From positions 1-64,000 of IMG/VR virus record IMGVR_UViG_3300005805_000046: a stretch of 64,000 nt of DNA; one strand, 5' to 3'. The notes beneath the pieces are model-generated. The model was not told the origin of the DNA. It did no database searches and worked only from the letters and a program-made list of their open reading frames with translations. The DNA comes from a virus. Both the position numbers and the translations under genes were made by a program. Every line of letters begins with the position of its first letter. Positions within the stretch are counted from its first letter, which is position 1. Shown here piece after piece: positions 1 through 9,426 of the stretch.

Positions 1-1482
1 GTCTATGGCGATAATCTAACATATTTATATACAGAAATAGATGCTCCGGACGAATATATGTGCGGATACAATAGGCCATGTTTCACCAGGGTACACTGTG
101 ACGATGAACTTACAGATGGAGTGTGCGCATATCCTAGAATACAGAGATGCAAGTCATATAGATGCGTAGGAGACTATAATAACTATTACTACGATCACTG
201 TGCTACTGTGAACGGTAAAGATAGAGAGCAGAGATGTTGTACTGCTCCTTCTGATTTTTCTTGTGAAGCTGGAGACTGCGATTATGACTATGAGATAGTT
301 AAAAAAGAATATACTATAGAATATGAGCTTGTTAGACCCGCTCATGTGTGCACCGAAAGACCAGAGTATCCAGAACAGCATTGCTCACCTAGCGTACCCA
401 GCTATAACGACACATGTTTTACCTATCAGATGTCTTGTAGCCCACAAGAAAAGTGCTTAGCTCCAGGCCAACAGCCTTCTTGTGTAGAAGATACTCCTCC
501 GGACGGATACGAACTAATTGATACAGAAGTTGGAGGAGGATACTATTATGGTTGGTATTGGAACTATTGGAACCAGGGTATAGTATGGGATTATGAACTA
601 GATGACTGTAACTGTAAGTGTACGAGATGTACAACATGCGATAATTATGATTGCAACTTTGCGGGATATGGCGGTGGTTATGGTTATTATGGTTGGGGCT
701 GGGGAGGTTATTTTGGAGGAATAGGGTCTGACTGCTGCGGATCCCCAGGATATTATCTTGGGTGGTGGTATAACTGGTATAACTGGTGGAGTGGTATCTG
801 TCCAGAAAAACAAGGAGATGGATCAACCAAACCATGGTACTGTAGTGAAGGCGGAGACTGCGCCCAGGTAGACGACACAGAGGAGGGTTTTGACGAGTCG
901 TCGTTTGCGTCTGGCCCGTATACCTCTTATACTTCCTGTAGACAAGCTTGTTCAGAAGACAATAAGTGTATTCCTCCTGATCGTAATTATACCAGGGGTT
1001 TGTGTTGTGATGATAATTTTAAGAAACAGATGGATGCAATAGATAAGGATTCGTGTAGCATCGTTGGGCCAACCTATAAAGAAAAAGTTAAAAAGAGCCT
1101 ATGTACTGCTGGAGATTGTTCCACTGACGTTGTGACTAGTTATGATAAGCAGATGTGTACTATAGACAATAGTAAGTTTTGCACAACATCAAAAGTCGAA
1201 AGAACTAGATCTAGAAAAACCTATAGCTATAATCCACCTATACCAGACAAAGCGTTTGCAACTATTTGTAGCTCCTGTACTCCATCAGCAAACGAGGAAT
1301 GTAAAAAAGATCCAAACACCAAATGTCCGTCTGGCACAGAGGCCCAGGTGATAAAAGTTGTGAATACCTTCAATCCAGAAGAAATAGTAAGCTCAGCATC
1401 GGTTAAACTGGTCACGGTATTCTGTAAAATTACTACTAAAAAATGCGCACCAAAAACTACAGAAAACCCAGAAGAAGACTAA
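1..1482 (+). CDS. Cys-rich protein with Gly/Tyr/Trp-rich tracts (5'-truncated; frame open from base 1)
   Basis: No stop in frame 1 upstream of the ATG at 58; many CC/CxC/CxxC motifs; tracts such as GYGGGYGYYGWGWGG and GWWYNWYNWW. Confidence 0.75.
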   Translation, partial: VYGDNLTYLYTEIDAPDEYMCGYNRPCFTRVHCDDELTDGVCAYPRIQRCKSYRCVGDYNNYYYDHCATVNGKDREQRCCTAPSDFSCEAGDCDYDYEIVKKEYTIEYELVRPAHVCTERPEYPEQHCSPSVPSYNDTCFTYQMSCSPQEKCLAPGQQPSCVEDTPPDGYELIDTEVGGGYYYGWYWNYWNQGIVWDYELDDCNCKCTRCTTCDNYDCNFAGYGGGYGYYGWGWGGYFGGIGSDCCGSPGYYLGWWYNWYNWWSGICPEKQGDGSTKPWYCSEGGDCAQVDDTEEGFDESSFASGPYTSYTSCRQACSEDNKCIPPDRNYTRGLCCDDNFKKQMDAIDKDSCSIVGPTYKEKVKKSLCTAGDCSTDVVTSYDKQMCTIDNSKFCTTSKVERTRSRKTYSYNPPIPDKAFATICSSCTPSANEECKKDPNTKCPSGTEAQVIKVVNTFNPEEIVSSASVKLVTVFCKITTKKCAPKTTENPEED

Positions 1483-1487
1483 ACTTC

Positions 1488-1518
1488 TTGACAAAAAATC
1501 TCTCACAATTATTATAAT
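1488..1518 (+). promoter_or_regulatory. Putative sigma70-type promoter
   Basis: TTGACA at 1488-1493; TATTAT/TATAAT at 1510-1518 (spacer 16 or 19); AAGGAG RBS before the ATG at 1539. Confidence 0.5.
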
Positions 1519-1538
1519 TAACCATAAGGAGACTAAAT

Positions 1539-2126
1539 ATGGATATCAATATAAATTGCGAATGGGAAAACTCCACAATTAATTCTAAATTAAGAATATG
1601 CAAACATTGTAATTTTGTATCATCTGTTGATGACGAAGCTGCCAACAGCAGAATCTGTCCCGTTTTAATAGATATGGCAGCGCACAACCCGGCATATAAG
1701 CAAATTAAATTAAATAAAATATCCACCCTTAAAGCCGACGGTACTTCAGTAGAAAAAATTATTGATCAGACAAGCGTAGATGCTTCATCCAGATTCGGAG
1801 AGTGGTGGTTCGGAGGCTTAAATGATCAGGAACTTGCGAATATCACCTCCACACAAGCTGCTCAAATGAACCAAATAAATCGCATGAATCCATTAACTAA
1901 TATGCAGCACACCCCTCCTCCGGGCCTGACACCAGAATCAAACGGCAAGCCATGTACACAAGAACAAATTGATAGCAGACTAGAGATTTGCAAGGGTTGT
2001 GAGTTTTATAAAAATAATTCTTGTCTTAAGTGTGGATGTTCTTTATCCAGAGATCGTAATTATATGAATAAACTATATTGGGCAGATAAGTCTTGTCCTA
2101 TTGGAAAGTGGGGGCCTGTTGAATAA
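1539..2126 (+). CDS. Cys-cluster protein with C-terminal DUF6171-like domain
   Basis: QEQIDSRLEICKGC...CLKCGC...KLYWADKSCPIGKW; same motif in ORF 55276..55539. Confidence 0.6.
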   Translation: MDININCEWENSTINSKLRICKHCNFVSSVDDEAANSRICPVLIDMAAHNPAYKQIKLNKISTLKADGTSVEKIIDQTSVDASSRFGEWWFGGLNDQELANITSTQAAQMNQINRMNPLTNMQHTPPPGLTPESNGKPCTQEQIDSRLEICKGCEFYKNNSCLKCGCSLSRDRNYMNKLYWADKSCPIGKWGPVE

Positions 2127-3099
2127 GGCCTTCGTACGAATCTTCTGTGGTTTCAGCGCTGTGAGTGTCGGGTTCTTCTATTCTAAAAACTGGGCTTTGT
2201 TTCATTGGTTTCGTTAGTTTTGTTGGTTTTCTGGTAAATGTATGCACTTTCTTTAATCCGTGTGTTGGATTGATCATTATTTGTTTAAATGTCTCCTTTC
2301 CGTCTACTAATATCCTAATCAAAACTCTTGTCGGCCCAATTTTATCCCACTTGCGATAGTGTTGTATATAAACAGTATACTCACAGTATGGGGCGGAGTT
2401 TGTTGGCCAAAATATATTTTCTATAGCCTTATTGGTTTCTGGTTGTACATTTTTATCAATATCTAAAAAACCATTAGCTAAATATCTACTCATCCAAGAT
2501 ATACTTCCACTATATGATCCGTTTCTTAGTACAACCCAAACATCTATATCATTATAGTTATCCCATGCAATAGAAACCTGAACATCCCCAGTCCCTGCGC
2601 CATGTCTAGTTAGTCTTTCTTTCATGTCTGATTTTACGCCTTCTCCAATACCATTTCCATCCGACTTATTTTGATTGGACACTGAGGATCGTATGGCTGG
2701 GTCGGAAAATGCTTTGTTAGCAGCATAGGTCTGAGTCAGCCACTCAGACTTAGCAGGAGATATCGTTGCTTCTAATTGAGGCTCTGCTGTTTCTATATAT
2801 CCAATATCAATATTTACTTCTTCGTTTACTAGTACAGCAACATCGCTACTCTGACCATCTTTAGAATCTATCTCTGACGTAGGCTCTTCGATTACCACTG
2901 AAGCTAATTCTACCGGGTCTGTATCTTCGGAAGCATCGAACGAAAGAGTCAAGACTGGCGACTTGGTATCCGGCGATGAGCCAAGAAACACAACAGACAT
3001 CAGTACGAAGACAAGTGAGTGTGCAACAAAACTAACAACAAAAGGACAAAATATGTTTATTTGTTGTCTTTTCCGTCTTTGGGATTCCATTTGTGCCAA
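2098..3099 (-). CDS. Membrane-anchored protein with YfaP/DUF2135-like domain
   Basis: N-terminal TM (SFVAHSLVFVLM), acidic linker, GDVQVSIAWDNYNDIDVWV...LDIDKN...IENIFWP. Confidence 0.55.
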   Translation of the reverse strand: MAQMESQRRKRQQINIFCPFVVSFVAHSLVFVLMSVVFLGSSPDTKSPVLTLSFDASEDTDPVELASVVIEEPTSEIDSKDGQSSDVAVLVNEEVNIDIGYIETAEPQLEATISPAKSEWLTQTYAANKAFSDPAIRSSVSNQNKSDGNGIGEGVKSDMKERLTRHGAGTGDVQVSIAWDNYNDIDVWVVLRNGSYSGSISWMSRYLANGFLDIDKNVQPETNKAIENIFWPTNSAPYCEYTVYIQHYRKWDKIGPTRVLIRILVDGKETFKQIMINPTHGLKKVHTFTRKPTKLTKPMKQSPVFRIEEPDTHSAETTEDSYEGLIQQAPTFQ

Positions 3100-3413
3100 C
3101 CTCTATTTGGTAACCAATTATTGTCGTCATCTTTGCGTCTAGGGAACAAAGTGCCGCCCTTCTTATGCTGACCAAAGGATAAAATAGCTCCACAGTCAGC
3201 GCATCTCAACTCGTAGTAGTCATTGCCGTCAACATTGCGAACAACAAATCTCAGATTAGTACTACTACATAAGCCACACTTTTCTTCTCCAAAAATTTCT
3301 TGTATAGAAGCTAGTTCTTTGAAAATTTCTTTTTGGCCTTCGCCCTCCAGCTCGAACTCTAGCTTTTCATTTACTTTGTATTTTAGCTTCATGTCATCTC
3401 CAACTGGCTTCAT
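3057..3413 (-). CDS. Zn-ribbon hypothetical protein (probable start 3392)
   Basis: Two CxxC motifs; tightly packed with neighbours. Confidence 0.6.
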   Translation of the reverse strand: MKPVGDDMKLKYKVNEKLEFELEGEGQKEIFKELASIQEIFGEEKCGLCSSTNLRFVVRNVDGNDYYELRCADCGAILSFGQHKKGGTLFPRRKDDDNNWLPNRGWHKWNPKDGKDNK

Positions 3414-4107
3414 ATCCTATACATTGCTGAGGTATATTATCCAGATTTTGTTGGTGTTTAGATAGTTCTCTTATTGCCCTCACCGCCTCATCGTGCGATA
3501 TACTATGTATATTATCTGTCTTAATCTCACAGCTTGCAAGTAGTTTTATTACATTAATATTTAATCTTTTAGCTATTGTATCAATAAAGTTAATTTGATT
3601 ACTACTAATTTTACCAACGGATTCATGACTAATATCGTCATCAATATTTGAGGCCAATTCTTCAGCAGCCACTACCTTCCTGAGTCTCAGCGCTCTTCTT
3701 AGGGCTCTACCTTCGGCCCTGGTTTCGGCAACTGCTACCGGATGGTTTCGATATATCTTGTCACAATTACCCCAGTAAACGTCCGCAGCGCCCGTTACAG
3801 ACCTGTAATTTAAAGATACGTCTTGTGACTCAATGTCTTTTAATACATATGCTATAGTGTGAGTAACAGTTGCTCTCTTTTCGTTGTTCGGGTCAGGAGA
3901 CTGAACCACAACTGTCGTTGATTCAATCAGATCGCAATTTAGAGCTATCTCAAACACTCTTCTTAGGCCGTCCACGGTTGGATTTCCATCTATTTTTTCG
4001 TCTTCCGATAATAAGCCAAGAACATAATCATTCCATCCTAGGTCGTGTGGAGTTACACGAACAGGAGTTTGGGCGACTGGTGTTTCTGGTTGCTTTGCTT
4101 TGCTCAT
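3394..4107 (-). CDS. Possible Rad52/Sak-like ssDNA annealing protein
   Basis: AVAETRAEGRALRRAL helix motif and a C-terminal ISSNQINFI helical module. Confidence 0.4.
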   Translation of the reverse strand: MSKAKQPETPVAQTPVRVTPHDLGWNDYVLGLLSEDEKIDGNPTVDGLRRVFEIALNCDLIESTTVVVQSPDPNNEKRATVTHTIAYVLKDIESQDVSLNYRSVTGAADVYWGNCDKIYRNHPVAVAETRAEGRALRRALRLRKVVAAEELASNIDDDISHESVGKISSNQINFIDTIAKRLNINVIKLLASCEIKTDNIHSISHDEAVRAIRELSKHQQNLDNIPQQCIGYEASWR

Positions 4108-4113
4108 ACTGAG

Positions 4114-4908
4114 TTATTCTCCTATTATAATATATCTATTATCAGACGATGGAAATGACTTGCTTATATTATCAATAATACTTTTTAGTTCTTGATAAAT
4201 CTTTATGCCTCTACTCTTAGAAAAATCTTTTGTTTGCTTAATCCTAATAAGCACCAAATCTTTACCAAGTATTAGTCCGTTTTTTTTATCATCATACCTT
4301 TTATTTTTTTGTAACGCTTCATCACCCCAAACGGGATCAAAGTGAGACGGTCCATCAACCTCAATAGCTGTCCTTATCATAGGAAGAAACAGGTCTATCT
4401 GCAATTTGGTGTTGGATAACACCTGTTCTTTGTGAAATTCTACTCTGTATCCATCGTTAGTCAACTGCTCCATTAAAAAAATTTCTAGTTTCGATCCGAC
4501 TTTACTCGCTTTACGAACAGCTTGGTTCGCGCTTTGTAATCTGTTATATTTATCGTCATCGGATAATTTATTCCAATTATCAGTAGCAGTTTGCTTTCTT
4601 CGTAAAAGCTCGTTTTCATCAAGATTCTCCCACGACTCCAAAACAGACATACCTATTTTGTTTTTTGTTTCTTCCGATCTAACCTTACCCTTTGTGGGAT
4701 GTTCGTGTCTACCAGACTCCAGGGCTACTTTCTGTGCTGCGCTTTTATTTCTAATAGGTATATCAAATTTAATCGCGTCTCTTCTTAACTTATTAGCATA
4801 TGTACTATAGGCCTTGGCTATTTCTGCAAAACTCAGAGACTTATCAATATATTCTTGAAGTAAAATTCTTTTTTTTTCGCTAGAAGATAGACTATCATAT
4901 GTTTGCAT
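4114..4908 (-). CDS. NUMOD3-like + PD-(D/E)XK (DUF559/Vsr-like) endonuclease
   Basis: KGKVRSEETKNKIG; C-terminal QIDLFLP..AIEVDGPSH...DDKKN. Confidence 0.65.
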   Translation of the reverse strand: MQTYDSLSSSEKKRILLQEYIDKSLSFAEIAKAYSTYANKLRRDAIKFDIPIRNKSAAQKVALESGRHEHPTKGKVRSEETKNKIGMSVLESWENLDENELLRRKQTATDNWNKLSDDDKYNRLQSANQAVRKASKVGSKLEIFLMEQLTNDGYRVEFHKEQVLSNTKLQIDLFLPMIRTAIEVDGPSHFDPVWGDEALQKNKRYDDKKNGLILGKDLVLIRIKQTKDFSKSRGIKIYQELKSIIDNISKSFPSSDNRYIIIGE

Positions 4909-5353
4909 ATAAAGACTCCGGACTGATATTTTCTATAAGTATTGGACGCTTCCACGTTAAAGTAAACGCTTCTGCTACTAAAGCATTATCTGTTACTATG
5001 TTTACCTTGGGATTGTCGAATAAATAAGCCCACTTCTCATAAGAAATGGATGTGTTTTTCTCCCATGGAATATTGCTGTCTTGCAGGTATACTATTCCGT
5101 CAAGATTCGGAAAATCTAAAACAAGTTCCAAAGATAGTAGGTCCCAAACAATCATAACCCCACGACTATACTTTGCTTCATAAATAGGAAGCACACAAAA
5201 AGCCTTGGTCGTTATTGATAGATCATATTGTGTTGTAAATAGTTTAATATTCACAGACGGATCTGTTAGTGTCATTTCGTTTATAATAGATAAAATATTT
5301 TGATCATGCTCGGTATCTGCTGAGATAGTAAGAGCTAAAATTTGTTTATTCAT
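4895..5353 (-). CDS. Hypothetical protein (possible degenerate glycosyltransferase fragment)
   Basis: ORF coupled within the GT cluster; alternating beta/alpha pattern. Confidence 0.4.
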   Translation of the reverse strand: MNKQILALTISADTEHDQNILSIINEMTLTDPSVNIKLFTTQYDLSITTKAFCVLPIYEAKYSRGVMIVWDLLSLELVLDFPNLDGIVYLQDSNIPWEKNTSISYEKWAYLFDNPKVNIVTDNALVAEAFTLTWKRPILIENISPESLYANI

Positions 5354-6084
5354 ATAATATAGTTGATAAGATTAGAAATTTTGTGTTTTTGAATAATAGA
5401 GCTGTCGTAAGTTACCATAGCATTCTCAATATCTATAGATCCGCTATCTAGGGCCAAGTATTTATTGGACACCAAATTAATAATAGGCTTACCCATAAGC
5501 ATAGCATCATAAACATACTGATTGTCTATATTTATATAACTAAAACACCCTCCTATCAAATCTAACATAGTTGGTTCATCAACTACTCCCAGGTTCTGTA
5601 GGTGCTCTACCTGTGGGCAATTTACTAGCTTTACTGGTATGGTTTTGTTGTTTGGGTAGATTATCGATTCTAGATATTTATTTTGATCAAACTCTATACA
5701 GTTTAGATGACAGAGCATATATTTATATTCTGTCGGCGATTTTGGCTTATGGTATTCGTTGTATGGTAAATAAGCAATGTCCGAGATATATTTAATATTG
5801 GAATGATTGATTTGTTTTTTCGTAGAATCGCTATTGTGAAGGATCACAATTTTTGTTTTTCCGGCGGAGATCCTTTCAGAAATTAGGTCTTCAAACAACC
5901 TGCGAGCATGTATATTATCTAGGTCTGATTCATCTAGCAGCAAAACATCCGGCTTGCTGACTAGAACAACATCATAGATATCATCCATACTAAACAATGC
6001 TATGCTCGCACCCTTTTCGTGCGCCAAACTATTTGCAAATAAAAAAATTGGTCTACTATGAATATAATTTATAGATACTAGCAT
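5350..6084 (-). CDS. Hypothetical protein, GT-B-like (degenerate)
   Basis: KPDVLLLD and YVYDAMLMGKPII resemble GT-B motifs. Confidence 0.45.
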   Translation of the reverse strand: MLVSINYIHSRPIFLFANSLAHEKGASIALFSMDDIYDVVLVSKPDVLLLDESDLDNIHARRLFEDLISERISAGKTKIVILHNSDSTKKQINHSNIKYISDIAYLPYNEYHKPKSPTEYKYMLCHLNCIEFDQNKYLESIIYPNNKTIPVKLVNCPQVEHLQNLGVVDEPTMLDLIGGCFSYINIDNQYVYDAMLMGKPIINLVSNKYLALDSGSIDIENAMVTYDSSIIQKHKISNLINYII

Positions 6085-6758
6085 ATTTCTTTATAATTAA
6101 TAACTTTCTTAATATGTTTATGAGATAAAAGCTCTATATGGAAACTGTATTGATGTTCTATTAAATAATTAAGATATTCAAATAAAAACATGCCTTCTTT
6201 TTGTTTTTCTGAAACCCTGGTCATCAACAGCTCTCTTGCTCTATGATAATCTCCTGACGCGAAATAGCATATTTCTGGCCAACCATATTCTAAACCATAA
6301 AAGAGATATTCGGCATCGCCACTACTCGACCGTCTAACACCAACAGGAAACGCGTCGTTGATTGGTTTTTTTATAATTGGTATTGTGCTTTGATTTGGGT
6401 TTTCTGGCATATAGTTTGAGAGTATGCCGTTTTGTATAACTAGCAGATTACCTGTTTTTATTTGCTTTATCGCCTCCATAAAAGCAGAACCCTGGTTATC
6501 TTTTACGTATTGTTTATGTTCCAATATAATCACATCTTGATATTTATTATATTCTTTTAATAAATTACATATTCTGTCTTTGTCAAAGCCAACAACTATA
6601 TAGATTTGACAGCCTATATTTTTATATAGTTTTTTTATAGCGTCTATTTGCTTAACTATCAGCGGCGTTTTCTTTCTTCCGATTGGGACAACGGCCTTTG
6701 GTCCGTAAGACTTCATCCCCTTGGAAATATCAGAACATAATAAAACTATATTATTCAT
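6078..6758 (-). CDS. Sugar nucleotidyltransferase-like protein
   Basis: IVLL...KGMKSYGPKAVVPIG, IYIVVGFDKD; the GxGTR signature is altered. Confidence 0.6.
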   Translation of the reverse strand: MNNIVLLCSDISKGMKSYGPKAVVPIGRKKTPLIVKQIDAIKKLYKNIGCQIYIVVGFDKDRICNLLKEYNKYQDVIILEHKQYVKDNQGSAFMEAIKQIKTGNLLVIQNGILSNYMPENPNQSTIPIIKKPINDAFPVGVRRSSSGDAEYLFYGLEYGWPEICYFASGDYHRARELLMTRVSEKQKEGMFLFEYLNYLIEHQYSFHIELLSHKHIKKVINYKEIC

Positions 6759-7529
6759 TTATTCTACACAAAACTTATAGACACTATTACTTTCATCACG
6801 ATCTAGATAGTCTAGTGCTAGGCCAATTTTATTTTGCATAGCTTGATAGAGTTGTGTTGGTATCACTATATTGGTGAAACTAAATAAATCTTTTGGTATG
6901 ATAACTGCCTGTTTTTCGATAAAGCTATTAACAATATTATTAGTTGACTCCATGAACCCATTTGATATCTTGTACTTATTATTTATAATCATCAATAGAT
7001 TGTATTTATCTAAAAGCAGGTTGTTTTCTAAACAGAAATCTATTGTTTCGCTATGTGTCATTTCATTATCTAATATATTAAACAGTTTCCAAGGACAAAC
7101 TCTTTCTATTTTGTTTACAAAACCAATAATACGCTGAATATCATTATCTTTTATATTTCTTGTTATTAAAGAAATGTATGACGGAGGACATGATCCTCCA
7201 AAAGACTCAAGTAGATTAGAGAATAAATTATCTATAGTTTCATCGTCAATAAGCATAATTAGATTATATCTTATTTTTGTTTCATTATATATTGCTGTTT
7301 CTATATCTAATTTATTTCTGAGAATAGCGTCTTTCCACTCGGCAGTTCTTGCGTAAGGACAATAAAAATTGTGTAGTTCATAGTACCCGTCTACCACTCT
7401 CTGAGTTTCTTGAGTATATGTCTGAGGATATTCTTCTATAATAGAAGAAGGTATATTCAAAGAGCACCCAGTTTGAGTATTGTTTTCGGATAGAGCAAAA
7501 ACGCACTTTTTACACTTTGTTATAATCAT
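6759..7529 (-). CDS. Hypothetical protein with N-terminal Cys cluster (possible degenerate GT-A)
   Basis: CKKCVF..GC..CPYAR; located in the GT cluster. Confidence 0.45.
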   Translation of the reverse strand: MIITKCKKCVFALSENNTQTGCSLNIPSSIIEEYPQTYTQETQRVVDGYYELHNFYCPYARTAEWKDAILRNKLDIETAIYNETKIRYNLIMLIDDETIDNLFSNLLESFGGSCPPSYISLITRNIKDNDIQRIIGFVNKIERVCPWKLFNILDNEMTHSETIDFCLENNLLLDKYNLLMIINNKYKISNGFMESTNNIVNSFIEKQAVIIPKDLFSFTNIVIPTQLYQAMQNKIGLALDYLDRDESNSVYKFCVE

Positions 7530-7532
7530 AAG

Positions 7533-7946
7533 TTACACACGCTTTAGGGTTAGTATTTTGCCGAGCCCATCATTTATACTCTCTACCATTCTGATATTTG
7601 GATATCTTTCTAGCACTTCGTCCATAGAACTATCGTCCAACATAGATTTAACAGAGGCTAGTGCGTCGTTAATATCATTGATGCTAAGCTTATCTTGTAA
7701 AATATACTTAGCAAAAATTTTAAGGTTAATGGTTTTTAATACTATTTTGCCATTAACTTTGATTTTAGCAATCATTTCGTTTAGGCGTTCAAGCCTATCC
7801 GACATAACAATAGAATCTAGACAGTCACAAATAATAACGTCTACGGATCCATTAGACAACATCGCTAAATTATTAATGTGCTGACACTCTGTTTCATTCA
7901 CAGACGGAGCCAATCCATTATGTACGTATACGACTCTATCCTTCAT
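7533..7946 (-). CDS. Class I methyltransferase-like fragment
   Basis: NGSVDVIICD..LD...KIKVNGKIVL matches the C-terminal half of SAM-MTases; no GxG motif. Confidence 0.45.
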   Translation of the reverse strand: MKDRVVYVHNGLAPSVNETECQHINNLAMLSNGSVDVIICDCLDSIVMSDRLERLNEMIAKIKVNGKIVLKTINLKIFAKYILQDKLSINDINDALASVKSMLDDSSMDEVLERYPNIRMVESINDGLGKILTLKRV

Positions 7947-8323
7947 AGTATAAACCTCTTATATTTAATTGACTCAAATATTGATACTAAATCAGTGACC
8001 GATGCGCCCTTTTCTATATAATATGTATTAGGATATTGTTTTTGATAATTATCCTCAACGCCGTCAATAGAATAACACACTATCGGAACGTGCAGATTAT
8101 TAGACAGTTCCATTATTTGATTATTTATCTGATGCGTTAGAAGCATATCATAGCTAAGCCAGGATACGTCTAATATTTTTGTTATGTCGTACACAACAAT
8201 ATTATCCCCGAGATTGTTTAATATTTCTTTATTGATAGCAATTTCTTTTGGACGAGCATACAATATACGAATATCTGATTCTAGAAATTTACTAATAATA
8301 TTTCTTACTTTATAAACTGACAT
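7943..8323 (-). CDS. Hypothetical protein
   Basis: ORF coupled to neighbours. Confidence 0.5.
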   Translation of the reverse strand: MSVYKVRNIISKFLESDIRILYARPKEIAINKEILNNLGDNIVVYDITKILDVSWLSYDMLLTHQINNQIMELSNNLHVPIVCYSIDGVEDNYQKQYPNTYYIEKGASVTDLVSIFESIKYKRFIL

Positions 8324-9426
8324 AAGGTGTCACCTATATTAGTGTAGCTAAATTTGGTAAGGTACTTATCTTTATTGACTATTGGTCTACGCTCATATGC
8401 TTCTCTCATGTATTTTTGCAGATCGAGAATACTTGGTATGGACCAAGTTTCGTAGCCATTATACATATCAAGTCCGGCGACATAGGTTGTGTCTTCTACG
8501 ATAACCGGCTGTTCTTGGCAGAGTACCAAAGAATGATCTTCTTTGTCTATAAACTCCGATGCTCCAATACCCTCGGACAGAATAACGTACTTACCAAAGC
8601 ATAGTGCTTCTGCGGCTGGTCTACAGAACGCTTCTCCATATGACATAGAAATAAAACAATCGCAAGTATTATGTATAGCAAATATATGTTCCTGAGACAC
8701 CTTGTCTGTGATAATAATTTCGTCTTTGAACTTATTACGAATTCTTAGTTTTTGTTTAAGTATATCAAAATCAGATTTTATTTTTTCTTGAGCAGCCTGT
8801 GGGCTTGATCCGGGTATGGAGGTTTTTATCACAAGCCTTACTGGCTCAGAAGTATCAAATTCTAAATGAAATGCTGCTACTATATCTTTGATATTTTTTC
8901 TTTGTATATATTCTCCAATAAAATAGAACTTGTATTCATCATCAACCGGAGCACCAAAACCAATACGAAAACCGCTTTCCTGCGCCAAGATAGCGTCTTG
9001 CGTAGGTAGTGGATGTGACACAACACGAATTTTTGTTGAAACCCCACTTCTTTGTAGACAACTTTTCTCTTTATTAGACGTTACCCATAATTCGTCCATA
9101 CTATTTAAATTATTGATACTGTCAGAAAATAACTTATTATTTTCTAAAAATAACATGCCGATATTCTTTGATTGTCCGATGCGGACCATGCACTGAGGAA
9201 GAGCCTGCTGAATAACCAAATCATAAAAATCGAATCTGTTTTTTTCAGCATCCAGAATTTTTTTATCTACCACATCAGCAATTGACGAAGGATTTAAATA
9301 TATCGGAGCCGCCGATACTGAATGATTGGTATTAAGCAAAGACATCAGATAATCGTGAGAAGCGAAACCCCATCCGTCTGCTTGTCTATATGGTCCAACA
9401 TAAAGAATATTTTTAGCTGTTTGCAT
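8305..9426 (-). CDS. Glycosyltransferase, GT4/GT-B
   Basis: FYFIGEYIQRKNI, CDCFISMSYGEAFCRPAAEALCFGK. Confidence 0.85.
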   Translation of the reverse strand: MQTAKNILYVGPYRQADGWGFASHDYLMSLLNTNHSVSAAPIYLNPSSIADVVDKKILDAEKNRFDFYDLVIQQALPQCMVRIGQSKNIGMLFLENNKLFSDSINNLNSMDELWVTSNKEKSCLQRSGVSTKIRVVSHPLPTQDAILAQESGFRIGFGAPVDDEYKFYFIGEYIQRKNIKDIVAAFHLEFDTSEPVRLVIKTSIPGSSPQAAQEKIKSDFDILKQKLRIRNKFKDEIIITDKVSQEHIFAIHNTCDCFISMSYGEAFCRPAAEALCFGKYVILSEGIGASEFIDKEDHSLVLCQEQPVIVEDTTYVAGLDMYNGYETWSIPSILDLQKYMREAYERRPIVNKDKYLTKFSYTNIGDTLCQFIK

